A stretch of DNA of 62,916 nucleotides, filler included, from Reclinomonas americana ATCC 50394 (lineage: Eukaryota), in assembly GCA_048213135.1 (NCBI GenBank). It is 17 parts of 17 records of this genome, joined end to end, with 100 filler letters (N's around TTAATTAATTAA, not from the genome) between each part and the next. Parts side by side here need not be neighbours in the genome. Positions count along the whole stretch, not along the records: positions 41,779 to 53,167 come from AFZH01022249.1; positions 53,268 to 62,916 come from AFZH01022251.1; 15 more parts are not named here. One strand, given 5' to 3'. The notes beneath the pieces were generated by a model that saw nothing but the letters and a program-made list of their open reading frames with translations, was not told the DNA's origin and searched no databases. Below, piece after piece: positions 44,228 to 54,340 of the stretch. Each line of letters starts with the position of its first letter. Position 1 is the stretch's first letter. The translations under genes were made by a program, and so were the position numbers.

Positions 44228-44899
44228 ATGCCGATGCAGACCGCTCTTCAATATCCCCGCGCCGGGCATGCGTTACCAGGTGCCATCGTCCAGAAACACG
44301 CCATTGCGTTCATCGATGTCCCGACACGCTTCAAGAAGGGGCAGACCGTCTTTTCCGAAGGCTCTACTGCCCTGCACTTCTACGAGGTGGTCTCCGGAAC
44401 GGTTCGGACGTCGCAGCTCCTCAAGGACGGGCGGCGCCAGATCGACGCCTTTCACCTGAAGGGGGATCTTTTCGGGTTCGAGGCTTCTTGCCTGCACCGG
44501 GTCGGCGCCGAGGTCGTCGAAGACGCGACGCTCCGGATCTATCAGCGCTCGCAGCTCGAACGGATGCTGGCGGAAGATGCCGAATTCGCCCAGCGCGTGG
44601 TGGCGGCGATGATGCATGCAATCGAGCGCGCACAGAGCCATATGCTCCTGCTCGGCCGCAAGAGCGCACTGGAGCGCATCGCGACCTTCCTGCTGGATAT
44701 GTCGGGGCGACTGTCCGAGATGAGCCATCTGGATCTGCCCATGTCGCGCAGCGACATCGCCGATCATCTCGGTCTGACGATCGAGACCGTTTCTCGCACG
44801 CTGACGCAGCTCGAGCGTAAGGGTGTCATCGAGCTGCCGACCCATCGCCGATCGATCGTCCTGCGCGATCGGACCGCCCTGCGGCGTCTCGACGCCTGA
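44228..44899 (+). CDS. fixK: Crp/Fnr regulator FixK
   Basis: DGRRQI..F..GD.FG, LPMSRSDIADHLGLTIETVSR; no N-terminal Cys cluster. Confidence 0.9.
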   Translation: MPMQTALQYPRAGHALPGAIVQKHAIAFIDVPTRFKKGQTVFSEGSTALHFYEVVSGTVRTSQLLKDGRRQIDAFHLKGDLFGFEASCLHRVGAEVVEDATLRIYQRSQLERMLAEDAEFAQRVVAAMMHAIERAQSHMLLLGRKSALERIATFLLDMSGRLSEMSHLDLPMSRSDIADHLGLTIETVSRTLTQLERKGVIELPTHRRSIVLRDRTALRRLDA

Positions 44900-45211
44900 C
44901 GCGCGACGCGGCGGCTGCGGTTAGTCGATCTTCGCCACCAGATGACGAGTGGCGAAGCCTGCTACCCGGACTGGTTGCGTTTCGGAACAGCCCACTCGCT
45001 ATCGTTCGTCGGCCACCATGCCAGACCCGATGCCGCGCAGAAGCTCAACGCACTGGCCGACCGGATATCGGTAGAGCGCAGTTCCGGCGCGGTCACCAAC
45101 TCCGGGAAGCAATGGTCGATCTCGTCAATCGATACCACGTCCTGCCGCCGCGCTGTTACCGCGGCTGGTTGTCTTGCAGCATGGGGCCGCGCCGGATTCG
45201 GTCAACAGCTG

Positions 45212-45460
45212 TTATGAGCGGCTGGTTGCTTCGAAGAACCGGGCATTTGGACAGAAATCGGGGCCGCGCTCGGCATTTTGATGCTGCTCGATCCATTTGC
45301 CGCACTCTTCATGAGCGGCGCACCAGAGACAGCGGCGATTGGCGGCGTCATAGAGCCGCCCGCGACTTGCCGCCAATTCGGGCTCAATGCCAATTCGCTC
45401 CATCATGGCGCCCATCAACCGGGCCTGCCGTTCGAAACGGCGCCTGAGCCAGATGCGCAT
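45212..45460 (-). CDS. DUF6455-like Cys-rich small protein
   Basis: RCLWC..C..W...FCPNA. Confidence 0.75.
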   Translation of the reverse strand: MRIWLRRRFERQARLMGAMMERIGIEPELAASRGRLYDAANRRCLWCAAHEECGKWIEQHQNAERGPDFCPNARFFEATSRS

Positions 45461-45521
45461 GGTGGTGCTCCATCGGTTGCAAGTCGAGCACATATTATCG
45501 GGATCGACCGACATGCTCGCC

Positions 45522-45580
45522 TTGATCTCGGACAAGTCCGCACATGGCGACCCGGTTGAGGGGGCTTTGACCCGCATCAA
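45522..45580. promoter_or_regulatory. Two FNR/FixK boxes in a divergent promoter
   Basis: TTGAT-CTCG-GACAA (45522-45535) and TTGAC-CCGC-ATCAA (45567-45580). Confidence 0.8.
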
Positions 45581-45638
45581 GGCGGAGCCCAACGCGCGAT
45601 CTAGGATCGTCTCCGATAGTCATCAGTGGGAGGCTCCG

Positions 45639-46463
45639 ATGTCCTACGCCGAGATATTGGTTGCCCTGGGCGAAGACGATGCCGCCTATCAGCGAGCCAG
45701 CTATGCGGGAATGCTCGCTGGCCAGCTCGGCGCGAGCCTTCTGGGTGTTCTGTCGCGATGGCCGCACCCGCCGGACGTCGAGCCAAACGCCACAATCGGG
45801 ATGGTGGGTGAGCTGCTCGCAGAAGCGCGCGCCAGCTGCCGTCTCGACCTCGCCACAGTGGAGGCAGGGTTCCGCGCCACGGTCGAACCGAGCGTCGACC
45901 AGGTCTTCTTTGCTGGCGGAATCGGATCGATGACCGAAGCGGTGCTGCGCGAAGCCCGGCGCGCCGATCTGATCGTGATCGGACGATCGACACCGTCGGG
46001 CGACGATGATGGTTTCTGCGATGCGCAGGTGCTGCTCGTCCGCGGCGGGCGGCCCGTCCTGGTCGTGCCGCCTGCCTACGAGGCTCGCGCGTTGCCGCGA
46101 CATATTGCGATAGCCTGGCGCGACTGTCGGGCCTCGCGACGCGTTGTACGTGAGGCTCTGCCGCTGTTGCGCCGGGCGCAGCGGGTCAGCGTTGTTACCT
46201 TGAACGAGGTACTGTCGGCCACACCGGCAAGCAGTGCCGCCGATATCGTCGGTTTCCTGCAGAGCCACGGTGTTCCTGCGAGGGCTAGCGGTCGAAGCGG
46301 GGCAGCGCCGCGGCGAGAGCTCCTGCACATCCTCGACGAAGACGATGCCGATCTGCTCGTCGCGCCCGCCTATTGCAGCAATCAGCTCGTGTGTTCCGAG
46401 CTGATGCGGCAGACGACGCGGATGTTGTCGCGCTGCCGTATTCCCTGCCTTCTCTCCACCTGA
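45639..46463 (+). CDS. Universal stress protein (divergent)
   Basis: ARRADLIVIG, GRPVLVVP, IAIAW; the C-terminal GAYG motif is degenerate. Confidence 0.8.
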   Translation: MSYAEILVALGEDDAAYQRASYAGMLAGQLGASLLGVLSRWPHPPDVEPNATIGMVGELLAEARASCRLDLATVEAGFRATVEPSVDQVFFAGGIGSMTEAVLREARRADLIVIGRSTPSGDDDGFCDAQVLLVRGGRPVLVVPPAYEARALPRHIAIAWRDCRASRRVVREALPLLRRAQRVSVVTLNEVLSATPASSAADIVGFLQSHGVPARASGRSGAAPRRELLHILDEDDADLLVAPAYCSNQLVCSELMRQTTRMLSRCRIPCLLST

Positions 46464-46548
46464 CTGCGAGCAGCGCCGCTCCGAGATAGGCTGTGGACAC
46501 GCATGATGGGCCCGATCAGGCTAGCAAGGCGCGATCGGGCCGATTTTT

Positions 46549-47397
46549 TTAGTGAGACATCAAGCAACAAACCGGTGTCGATTCCAGTAGGTCCGCGGTC
46601 ATCCCGCCGAGCAACCACTCGCGCATTCGGCTGTGGCCGTATGCGCCGGATACGATGAGATCGGCCTTCTGACGGCGCGCGCAATCGATCAGTTCCTGCG
46701 CCGCGAAATTGGTGATTTTGGGCCGCACGTCGAGGTCAGCTGCAACACCGTGCAGAGCGAGATAGTCGCGTACGTCATGGGTACCCTGCTCGGCAGCCCC
46801 CTCTCCGACGGATACGATGGTCACAGTCTTGGCGCGCTTGAGGAACGGTAGAGCATCCCAGACGGCGCGTCGCGCCTCCCGCGTGTCGCGCCAGGCGATC
46901 ACGATGTTCTCGGCAGAAAGCTCGGCGACATCCGGCGGCGCGACGAGAAGCGGACGCCCGAGATCCATGACGAGATCGGCCGGGTCGAGCGCCATCCTGC
47001 CTTGCGGCGTGTCAAGTGAGGACTGCCGGCCCACCAGGACGACATCTGCAGCGCGAGCGTTGCGCGTGATGTAGGGAAGCGGCGTGTCGATGGCGCTGCG
47101 CCAAACGATGTCATTGTAGTGCCCAGCGACGCGCCGAAAGATTGCCTCCGCTTTTGCGAGGTCCTCTTGCGCGGCCTTCGTGGCCTCCTCGACAAGCATC
47201 GCATCGACGCTGACTGTACCGTCTCCAAGGTAAAGGACAGCTCGTTCCTGAGCGGCAATGCCGATCAGACGACTGCCGAAGCGCTCTGCGAGCGACAACG
47301 CGAGTCTGACACGATCGGCTGCGCCAGCGCCGAGATTGATCGGGACCATGACGCTCGCGAGGCCAGCATCCTGTGATGAGGCCGTGTTCCGTTCCAT
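46549..47397 (-). CDS. Universal stress protein
   Basis: VIAWRDTREARRAV, DLIVSGAYGHSRMREWLLGG. Confidence 0.92.
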   Translation of the reverse strand: MERNTASSQDAGLASVMVPINLGAGAADRVRLALSLAERFGSRLIGIAAQERAVLYLGDGTVSVDAMLVEEATKAAQEDLAKAEAIFRRVAGHYNDIVWRSAIDTPLPYITRNARAADVVLVGRQSSLDTPQGRMALDPADLVMDLGRPLLVAPPDVAELSAENIVIAWRDTREARRAVWDALPFLKRAKTVTIVSVGEGAAEQGTHDVRDYLALHGVAADLDVRPKITNFAAQELIDCARRQKADLIVSGAYGHSRMREWLLGGMTADLLESTPVCCLMSH

Positions 47398-47454
47398 GAC
47401 GATCTCCCTGGTTGGAGTGACAAGGAAGCTTCGACCTGAGTGGAGAGAACGGCA

Positions 47455-47468
47455 TTGATTTGCCGCAA
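47455..47468. promoter_or_regulatory. FNR/FixK box
   Basis: TTGAT-TTGC-CGCAA, 58 nt upstream of the USP gene. Confidence 0.75.
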
Positions 47469-47510
47469 GCAGCGGCACGCTTGTCATGCGTGCGCATCGG
47501 TGGCGCCAGC

Positions 47511-49022
47511 TTAGCCGAGCAAGACGCGCTTCACTGCCGCGGCTACGGTCGCCGCTTCGACGTCAGCGCGGATCGTGGTCCAGTCGGTCGGCGCCCCATG
47601 CCTGGCGATCTGCTGCGCCACCACATCCGGCGTGGCGTCGGACGGATCGTCCCGTCGGTGTGCGACGCGATCGACCAGGGTCTTCTCTGGGGCATCCAGC
47701 CAAACGCCTCGAAACGTGGCACCGGCGCGAGCCGCTATCCCGGCGAAACGACCGCGATCGGCCTGCCGGTCGAACACTGCGTCGGCGATAACGGATCGGC
47801 CACCTCGTAGGACGCGCTCTGCAGTTTCGGCGAGCTCAGTATAGACGCGGAGGGAGACCTCCGCCCGATACGCATCTGCCGGCAGGCGGGCGCGCGCCGC
47901 GACCCCGAACAGGCGTCTCCGGAAGCGATCGCTGGAGAGGACGCGCGCGCCGGGCGCGGCTCCCAGGCACGGCGCGACTGCGGCAGCGACAGTCGATTTC
48001 CCGGAGCCGGAATAACCGCCGATCGCCGTAAGTGTTGGTGGGCTTTCGCGCAGGAGTTCACGGCAGAGATCGAGATAGCCTTGAGCTTCGAGAGCGTTTT
48101 GGCCGGTAGTCGCGGTTCGCGCCGTGACATGGGCCCGGACCGCCGCACGCACCGCCATGAAGAGCGGCAACAGGGCGAGGCCGGCATCGTCTCCGGTCGC
48201 GTCGAGATAGCGGTTGAACAGGATGTTGGCCAAGTGCTTCGCGCCGCGATGCCATAAGTCCATCAGCGCGAAGGCGAGATCGTAGAGCACGTCGGTGGTG
48301 GCGAGGTCTTCGTCGAATTCGAGGCAATCGAACAAGGTCGGCTGGCCGTCGATCAGGCAGATGTTGCGAAGGTGCAGATCGCCATGCACGCGCTTCACGA
48401 AGCCGTCTCGTGCGCGCTGGTCGAGCAAGGCGGCATGACGCGTCAATGCCGCACGGCAGGCGGCATCCGCGGCGGCGACGGCATCCGGCTGAAGCTGCGG
48501 CGCGTCTGCGAAGCCACGCGTATTGACGTCGAGCACGCGGCGCAGGCGCTCCGCGCCGCCGGTATCGCCGGCGACAGGCGCGGACCGATGGAAACCGGCG
48601 ATGACATCGGCGAGATCCTCGATCTGGGCTCCGGTCAATGTCCCTGCGCCTGCCAGCTTGTCGAACAGCATGGCGCCGTCGAAGCGCCGCATCTCGAGGA
48701 CAGCGTCGACGAGCGGGCCGCTGCCGTTCAATGCGAGTTCGCCATCGGGCTCGATGGTAATGCGGTGCACGCGACGATAGAGATCCGGCGCCGTCTGCCG
48801 GTTCAATTCCAGTTCGCGCTGGCAAAGCTGGAGCCGGCGCTCCGGGCTGGAAAGATCGACATAGGCAAGGCGCACCGGCCGCTTCAGCTTGAGAGCACGC
48901 TCGCCAAGCAACAGCACCGTCGAGATATGCGTCGAGATCGTCTCGTCCGGCGGCCGATCCGCGCCGAACGCCCGCCGCGAGCACAAGAAGGCGATGATGT
49001 CGTTCTGCCCGTCGGCATCCAT
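47511..49022 (-). CDS. Bifunctional APH-fold phosphotransferase / AAA_33 kinase
   Basis: THIS..KLKRPV, HGDLHLRNI, FDCLEF; GGYSGSGKST, SDAT. Confidence 0.9.
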   Translation of the reverse strand: MDADGQNDIIAFLCSRRAFGADRPPDETISTHISTVLLLGERALKLKRPVRLAYVDLSSPERRLQLCQRELELNRQTAPDLYRRVHRITIEPDGELALNGSGPLVDAVLEMRRFDGAMLFDKLAGAGTLTGAQIEDLADVIAGFHRSAPVAGDTGGAERLRRVLDVNTRGFADAPQLQPDAVAAADAACRAALTRHAALLDQRARDGFVKRVHGDLHLRNICLIDGQPTLFDCLEFDEDLATTDVLYDLAFALMDLWHRGAKHLANILFNRYLDATGDDAGLALLPLFMAVRAAVRAHVTARTATTGQNALEAQGYLDLCRELLRESPPTLTAIGGYSGSGKSTVAAAVAPCLGAAPGARVLSSDRFRRRLFGVAARARLPADAYRAEVSLRVYTELAETAERVLRGGRSVIADAVFDRQADRGRFAGIAARAGATFRGVWLDAPEKTLVDRVAHRRDDPSDATPDVVAQQIARHGAPTDWTTIRADVEAATVAAAVKRVLLG

Positions 49023-49076
49023 GCTGCGGTCTCCGGCTGCACGACGAAAGAGTAGCCGGCACGGACACTAGCGGCC

Positions 49077-49090
49077 TTGACGTCTCTCAA
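49077..49090. promoter_or_regulatory. FNR/FixK box
   Basis: TTGAC-GTCT-CTCAA with flanking ggcc arms, 55 nt upstream of the ATG. Confidence 0.75.
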
Positions 49091-49193
49091 GGCCGAGCCT
49101 TTGCCGCCGCAATGTGCACTGAACCCAAGGCAGCGCAGTGGTTCCCGCGTGAAGCGGTGGCTGGTCGCGAGGGCGAACGCGCAAACACGCGCG

Positions 49194-51092
49194 TCAGTCG
49201 CTCAGCGCCCGCAGCGCGTTGAGCACCACCGCGACATCGATCCCCTCTTGCAACAGAGCCCCCTGCACGGGGGTCAGCCATCCCATGGCCGCCGCCGCCA
49301 TGCCCAGGAGTGACAGCCCGATACCGGCGAAGACGCTCTGGAGCGCGACTTCGCGGGCGCGTTGTGAGACCCGCAAAGCTAGCGGGAGACGATCAAGGCT
49401 ATCGACCAACAGGATCAGGTCGGCCGTCTCGGCGGAAGCGGCCGAGCCGTGCGTGCCGAGCGCGGCCCCAATCGTCGCAGCGGCGAGCGCCGGGGCATCG
49501 TTGACGCCGTCGCCAACCATCATGACCGGCCCGTATCGCTGCTCCGCCTTGACGATAGCGACCTTGTCGGCTGCGGATTGGTCGGCGTGTACGGCATCGA
49601 ACGGCAATCCCGCGGTCATTGCCGCCGCGATCTTCGGCTGGTCTCCGGTGGCCAGGACCACTCGCTCGACTCCGAGGGAACGTAATTCGCCAAGCACGTC
49701 TTCCGCGCCATGGCGCAGGCGGTCGGAGAGCAGGATCCTGCCCGCGAACTTGCCATCGATCGCGACGGCGACGATTGGCCTCCCATCCGGAACATATGCC
49801 GGGCTCTCCGTGTCGCACGGCGCGATCAGGCCCATCACGAAATTCGAGCCGCCGAGGACGACATGCAGTCCCTCGACGTCGCCGGAAATGCCCTCGCCTG
49901 CCGTTTCCCTCACCGTGTCGGGAACGGAGAGGGAAAGGCCACGGTCCCGCGCTTCGTCGACGAGGGCACGGGCCGCGACATGGGGTGACGCCTGGTCAAG
50001 GGACGCTGCGAGCCGCAGCAACGTGGTCTCGTCGCAGACGGGTGGCTCGGCCAGTTCGATGCCGGCAAGGCGAAGGCGCCCTTCCGTCAGCGTGCCGGTC
50101 TTGTCGAGCACGATCGTGCGAATGCCGGCGAGACCTTCGATGACCTGGGCGCCCTTGACGAGGATGCCGTGCCGGGCTGCACGCGACATGCCGGCCACGA
50201 GCGCGACAGGGACCGCAAGCAGCAGAGGGCACGGGGTGGCGATCACCAGGACAGCGACGGCCCGGACGGCATCGCCGCTCGCGGACCAGGCCAAGCCCGC
50301 CAGTGCAACGGTGATCGCGAGAAAACCCAGCGCATAGTGATCGGCTAGCCGCGACATCGGCGCCTTGGAACGTTGCGCTGCTTCGACCATGCGGACGATG
50401 CCGGCGTAGACGCTGTCCTTCGCCGCGCGGGAAGCGACGAGCTCGAAAGCCTCGCCGATATTGCTTGCCCCGCTGGGGATCTCGGCGCCGATCTCGCGAT
50501 GAACCGGCAGCGATTCACCGGTCAGTGCCGACAGGTCCAGCCGGGCAATCCCCTTCCTGATCAGCCCGTCGACCGGCGTGACGTCGCCCTGCCGGATCAG
50601 CAGTCGATCGCCGGGTGCGATGCTTTCCGCCGGCACCTCGTGCAGCCTGTCGCCGTCGAAGCGCATCGCCCGCACCGGCCGGCGCGAGAGCAGCGCGGTC
50701 ATGTCACGTTGTGCGCGTCTCTCGGCGAAGGCTTCCAGATACTGTCCGCCGGCATACATCAGAGCGACGATCGCGGCGGCCAGACTCTCGCCGACAAGGA
50801 GCGCGGCGCTCATCGACAAGGCCGCCGCGATGTCGAGCCCGAACTCGCTGCGACGCAGGCTGACGATGATGTCGAAGGCGAGCTTGGCGAGGACCGGCAG
50901 CGTCGCGATCATCCAGGCCAGGTTCGCCGCAGCTTCAGCGCCGTAGAGCCGTAAGGCGAGCCCGAGCGGCAGCCCCACCAGAGGCGCTGCCACGATCCCG
51001 CGCTTCATCCGGCTGCGGAACGAGGTTGTCACCCCCCGCCTGTCCCTGCTTTCCGAATGAGCGGAGAGGACTTGAGGGGGCGAACTGATCAT
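49194..51092 (-). CDS. Heavy-metal P1B-type ATPase (P1B-5-like)
   Basis: LTGES, ATPCPL, DKTGTLT, GDGVNDAPALA, LQEGID. Confidence 0.92.
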   Translation of the reverse strand: MISSPPQVLSAHSESRDRRGVTTSFRSRMKRGIVAAPLVGLPLGLALRLYGAEAAANLAWMIATLPVLAKLAFDIIVSLRRSEFGLDIAAALSMSAALLVGESLAAAIVALMYAGGQYLEAFAERRAQRDMTALLSRRPVRAMRFDGDRLHEVPAESIAPGDRLLIRQGDVTPVDGLIRKGIARLDLSALTGESLPVHREIGAEIPSGASNIGEAFELVASRAAKDSVYAGIVRMVEAAQRSKAPMSRLADHYALGFLAITVALAGLAWSASGDAVRAVAVLVIATPCPLLLAVPVALVAGMSRAARHGILVKGAQVIEGLAGIRTIVLDKTGTLTEGRLRLAGIELAEPPVCDETTLLRLAASLDQASPHVAARALVDEARDRGLSLSVPDTVRETAGEGISGDVEGLHVVLGGSNFVMGLIAPCDTESPAYVPDGRPIVAVAIDGKFAGRILLSDRLRHGAEDVLGELRSLGVERVVLATGDQPKIAAAMTAGLPFDAVHADQSAADKVAIVKAEQRYGPVMMVGDGVNDAPALAAATIGAALGTHGSAASAETADLILLVDSLDRLPLALRVSQRAREVALQSVFAGIGLSLLGMAAAAMGWLTPVQGALLQEGIDVAVVLNALRALSD

Positions 51093-51267
51093 GTCTGCAC
51101 CTGGTCCTCGTCGGCTGCATCTGCCGCCGGCAAGATCTCGACCGAAAAAAGTGAGACTTTGCTGCGGCGGACGAGCTCGACGGGCTTGGAGGGCTTGTTC
51201 GTCGGCATCGCGATCCTCCCGTTCGCCGATGGGCATATTCAGGGGTGGCCGTTCGACGGCGGACCGT

Positions 51268-52487
51268 TCAAGTCGGCTGGTCCATGAATTCCACGCCCAG
51301 CTCCTTTTGCCGCCGCCAGCGTACTTTCACCTGCCGCCTGTGAGCTTGGTGAGGCAGCATCAGCTCGAACTCCTCCGGAGCCACCAGGCTGCTGTTGATC
51401 CGCAGTCGTGCACCGGTCGATGAGACATCAAGAACCGTGCAATCGATTGTTGCGTTGAGGTGCGGGAGGATGAGCTTGGCGCGCTTGTTGACGCGGGATC
51501 GTTCGCCGAGGCGACGGTTCACTTTGCGACCGCGCCCGCGGGCAAATGAATGCTGCAAGGGTACGCCATAGGTATCCGCATCGGCGATATGGTAGCGGAC
51601 TCCTCGTGCGATCGCGTTTTCCAGGGATCTGTCGGCGCATTCGATTGCCAGAAGCGCTTCCTGTGCAATGCCGGAATCGCAGGCACCGATGATGCTTTCA
51701 ATGCGGAAATCCAGGTCGCTCAGCCGCACTGCGAAGCTCAGCTGGTTCGAGATCTGGCCAATCGCCATCTCCAACGCAGCGGCTCCCGACATCGGGATTA
51801 GCAAAGCTACAAAACTCGCATCTGGCCGTCGGCAAAAACAGCCAACCCCCTGGAGCGCCACATTCAGGCGCTTCGCGAATTCGCGGGAGAGCTCCTCGGC
51901 TGTTTGGCGCCCGAATTTAGCGGCGAAGTAGCCAAGCTCCGTGATTTGAATTGCCAGGATACCAATGCCATGGCCGGCGTTTGCCCGCGCCTCGTCGAGC
52001 TTGCGAACCAGCTTTTCCGGGGACAGCAAGTTCATTGGCAGCTGCCCAGCCGCGATGGACTCGTCGTGCGCGTGTGAGCCGGCGAGCGGACCGCGATCAA
52101 ACGCCGTTCTCAGTCGCTCGATCGCCTGGACGAGGTCGTCGGCGCAGGCTTCCGTCATCGTGACGCAGTCGCGTGCGCCAAGACGGAAGGCCTGGATGAC
52201 CGCATCCTGACGTTTTTCCGGCGCCACGAATATGACCGGAGCGCGCCCCGATACGCGGTCGACGACGTTGCCGAGCAGTGGCAACCCCTCATCGAGGCCG
52301 GTGTCCGAGCAGAGCACGCACTCGACGCGATTGCGGCTGACCAAGTGGTCGAGTTCGTCGAGGTTGCCGGCGGCGGACACCATGCAGGCGCTTCGCGCTC
52401 TGAGCTGGGCGGCGAGTTCCTCGCCTTGCGCACCATCACCCCAGAAGGCGGCGATGACCCCGATTTCCGATGTCGCCTGCCCCTCCA
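51268..52487 (-). CDS. Degenerate REC - degenerate GGDEF - PilZ protein
   Basis: AFRLGARDCV (REC-like); KFG..A..L..FA..L and SIIG (GGDEF fold without the GGDEF motif); RRLGER and DVSSTG (PilZ). Confidence 0.7.
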
Positions 52488-52548
52488 TTCCCAACCCCAC
52501 GAGATAGGTGTCGTTGGTTCAGCCAGCGTGAAATCGCTGAGCGCGTCG

Positions 52549-52562
52549 TTGACATAGATCAA
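52549..52562. promoter_or_regulatory. FNR/FixK box
   Basis: TTGAC-ATAG-ATCAA. Confidence 0.8.
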
Positions 52563-52804
52563 ATCGTTCGCAGTGCCGGCTCGATTTCCCCTCAATTGCC
52601 TGCGTCGGACAGCCCGGTGAATGGGTCCGGACGATCTTGTCGACGTCCGGCAGGCCTTTGCCTGATCTGGACAGCCGCCGGCTCATGCCGAGCGGAGGTC
52701 CACCAGGGGCGCTGCCATGATCCCGCGCTTTATGGAGCCGCGGGTCCCGGCAACCACCCCTGCCTGTTCCCTGTCCTCCGGCTGCGCGGACAAGGCCGCG
52801 CCGG

Positions 52805-53167
52805 TCACGCCGCGAGCTTGCCCTTCTCGCCGGTCTCCGCGACCAGCTCGGCCCCGACCGCCGACAGCGAGGCGATGTTGCGGCGCATGACCTCGGACAG
52901 CTGGTTCACTTCGTCCGAGTAGTCCTTGGTGACGCGCTCGGTGAACTGGCGCTGGACGTCGACCGCCTCGCCGAGTTCCTGGCAGCGGCCGAGGCTGCGG
53001 CAGAGATCCGCTTGAGCCTGCAGGCGCCGGCTCGCGAAGCTCAGGAACTCGGACGCGATCGCCCAGTTCGCCTCGATGATCGCCTGCGGGATCGCGGCCG
53101 CCGCCTTGAGCTGCGACTGAGCGGTCCGGGCAATTCCATCCAGCCCGGCGATCGCGTCCTTGGCCGC
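52805..53167 (-). CDS. Phasin-like protein (5' partial)
   Basis: EFLSFASRRL......L.RC....EAVDVQRQF....KDY. Confidence 0.65.
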   Translation of the reverse strand, partial: AAKDAIAGLDGIARTAQSQLKAAAAIPQAIIEANWAIASEFLSFASRRLQAQADLCRSLGRCQELGEAVDVQRQFTERVTKDYSDEVNQLSEVMRRNIASLSAVGAELVAETGEKGKLAA

Positions 53168-53267
53168 NNNNNNNNNNNNNNNNNNNNNNNNNNNNNNNNN
53201 NNNNNNNNNNNTTAATTAATTAANNNNNNNNNNNNNNNNNNNNNNNNNNNNNNNNNNNNNNNNNNNN

Positions 53268-53449
53268 GCGAGCGCAGCGTCGTCTCGGTGGCAAACCTGA
53301 CCCGGGCCGATGCCGCGGAGTTCCTTGCCATCGCGCCTCGCGCCGGCGTCAGGACGACGACGCATGTCTATCGGCTGGATCAGGCGAACGAAGCCCTGGC
53401 CGATCTGAGAGCCGGGCGCTTCCAGGGCGCGGCGGTGCTGGTACCCTAG
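53268..53449 (+). CDS. Zn-dependent alcohol dehydrogenase, C-terminal end
   Basis: SVANLTRAD..EFL...ANEALADLRAGRFQGAAVLVP. Confidence 0.85.
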
Positions 53450-53507
53450 CGCTTCGCAAGCCTGGTCCGCGCGCAGGGCCTGCTGGACGCCGCCAACGGA
53501 GAGGGTC

Positions 53508-53978
53508 ATGGGCACGCTCAGCGCCGGCATTCTGATGTACCGGCGCCGGGACGGGAGCATTCAGGTCCTGCTGGTGCACCCCGGCGGGCCGTTCTGGCGG
53601 CGGCGCGATCTCGGGGCCTGGTCCATCCCCAAGGGCGAACCTGCTCCGGGCGAGACGAACGAAGCGGCCGCGCGGCGTGAGTTCGGCGAGGAGCTGGGGA
53701 CTGTTCCCGCAGGCCCACTCATCCCGCTCGGCACCATCCGGCAGCGCGGCGGCACGACCGTCGAAGCCTTTGCCGTTGAAGGCGAACTCGACGTCGCGGG
53801 ATTCCGCTGCACCAGCCGGTTCGAGATCGAATGGCCACCACGCAGCGGACGCCTACAGTCCTTTCCGGAGGTTGACCAGGCGCTCTGGTGGTCTCTCCCC
53901 GAGGCGCGTGAACGGATACTGCCTGGGCAATGTCCGCTGCTCGACCGGCTCCAGGCGCTCTGCGAAAGCACGAGCTGA
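53508..53978 (+). CDS. NUDIX hydrolase
   Basis: LVHPGGP.W, WSIPKGE..AARREFGEELG, FPEVD. Confidence 0.92.
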   Translation: MGTLSAGILMYRRRDGSIQVLLVHPGGPFWRRRDLGAWSIPKGEPAPGETNEAAARREFGEELGTVPAGPLIPLGTIRQRGGTTVEAFAVEGELDVAGFRCTSRFEIEWPPRSGRLQSFPEVDQALWWSLPEARERILPGQCPLLDRLQALCESTS

Positions 53979-54267
53979 GCCAGGGCGGCTGTTTTCATCA
54001 CCGCGGCGGCCGGTGGGACCGGTCGATTGTCCTACTGCCGAATATGATCTGCCTGATCAGGCTCAGGAACCCCCTGACATGCATCCAGATCGAGATGCGC
54101 GGCTCGCGGTCGAGCTCCCCGGCCAAGTCCCCGCACCGGCGTGCGTCGACCGTTCGGCGATGCTGGCGAAACCTGGCTTTCCAACGATCGAGAGATGAAC
54201 GGGACATGGCGAATGGCCGACGCAGACAATCGACATCGATAGATTGGAGCATCCCCGGCGCACGTCT

Positions 54268-54281
54268 TTGATATCGATCAA
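54268..54281. promoter_or_regulatory. Perfect-consensus FNR box
   Basis: TTGAT-ATCG-ATCAA. Confidence 0.8.
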
Positions 54282-54340
54282 TCCGGATGGGGTTCTCGCC
54301 GAGAAGCAGACAAGCTGGTGGCGCCGGGTGCGCGCCGGGA

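Noticed and set aside
47511..49022. Aminoglycoside resistance gene
   Set aside because: The APH fold fused to AAA_33 is a widespread family with no demonstrated resistance role.
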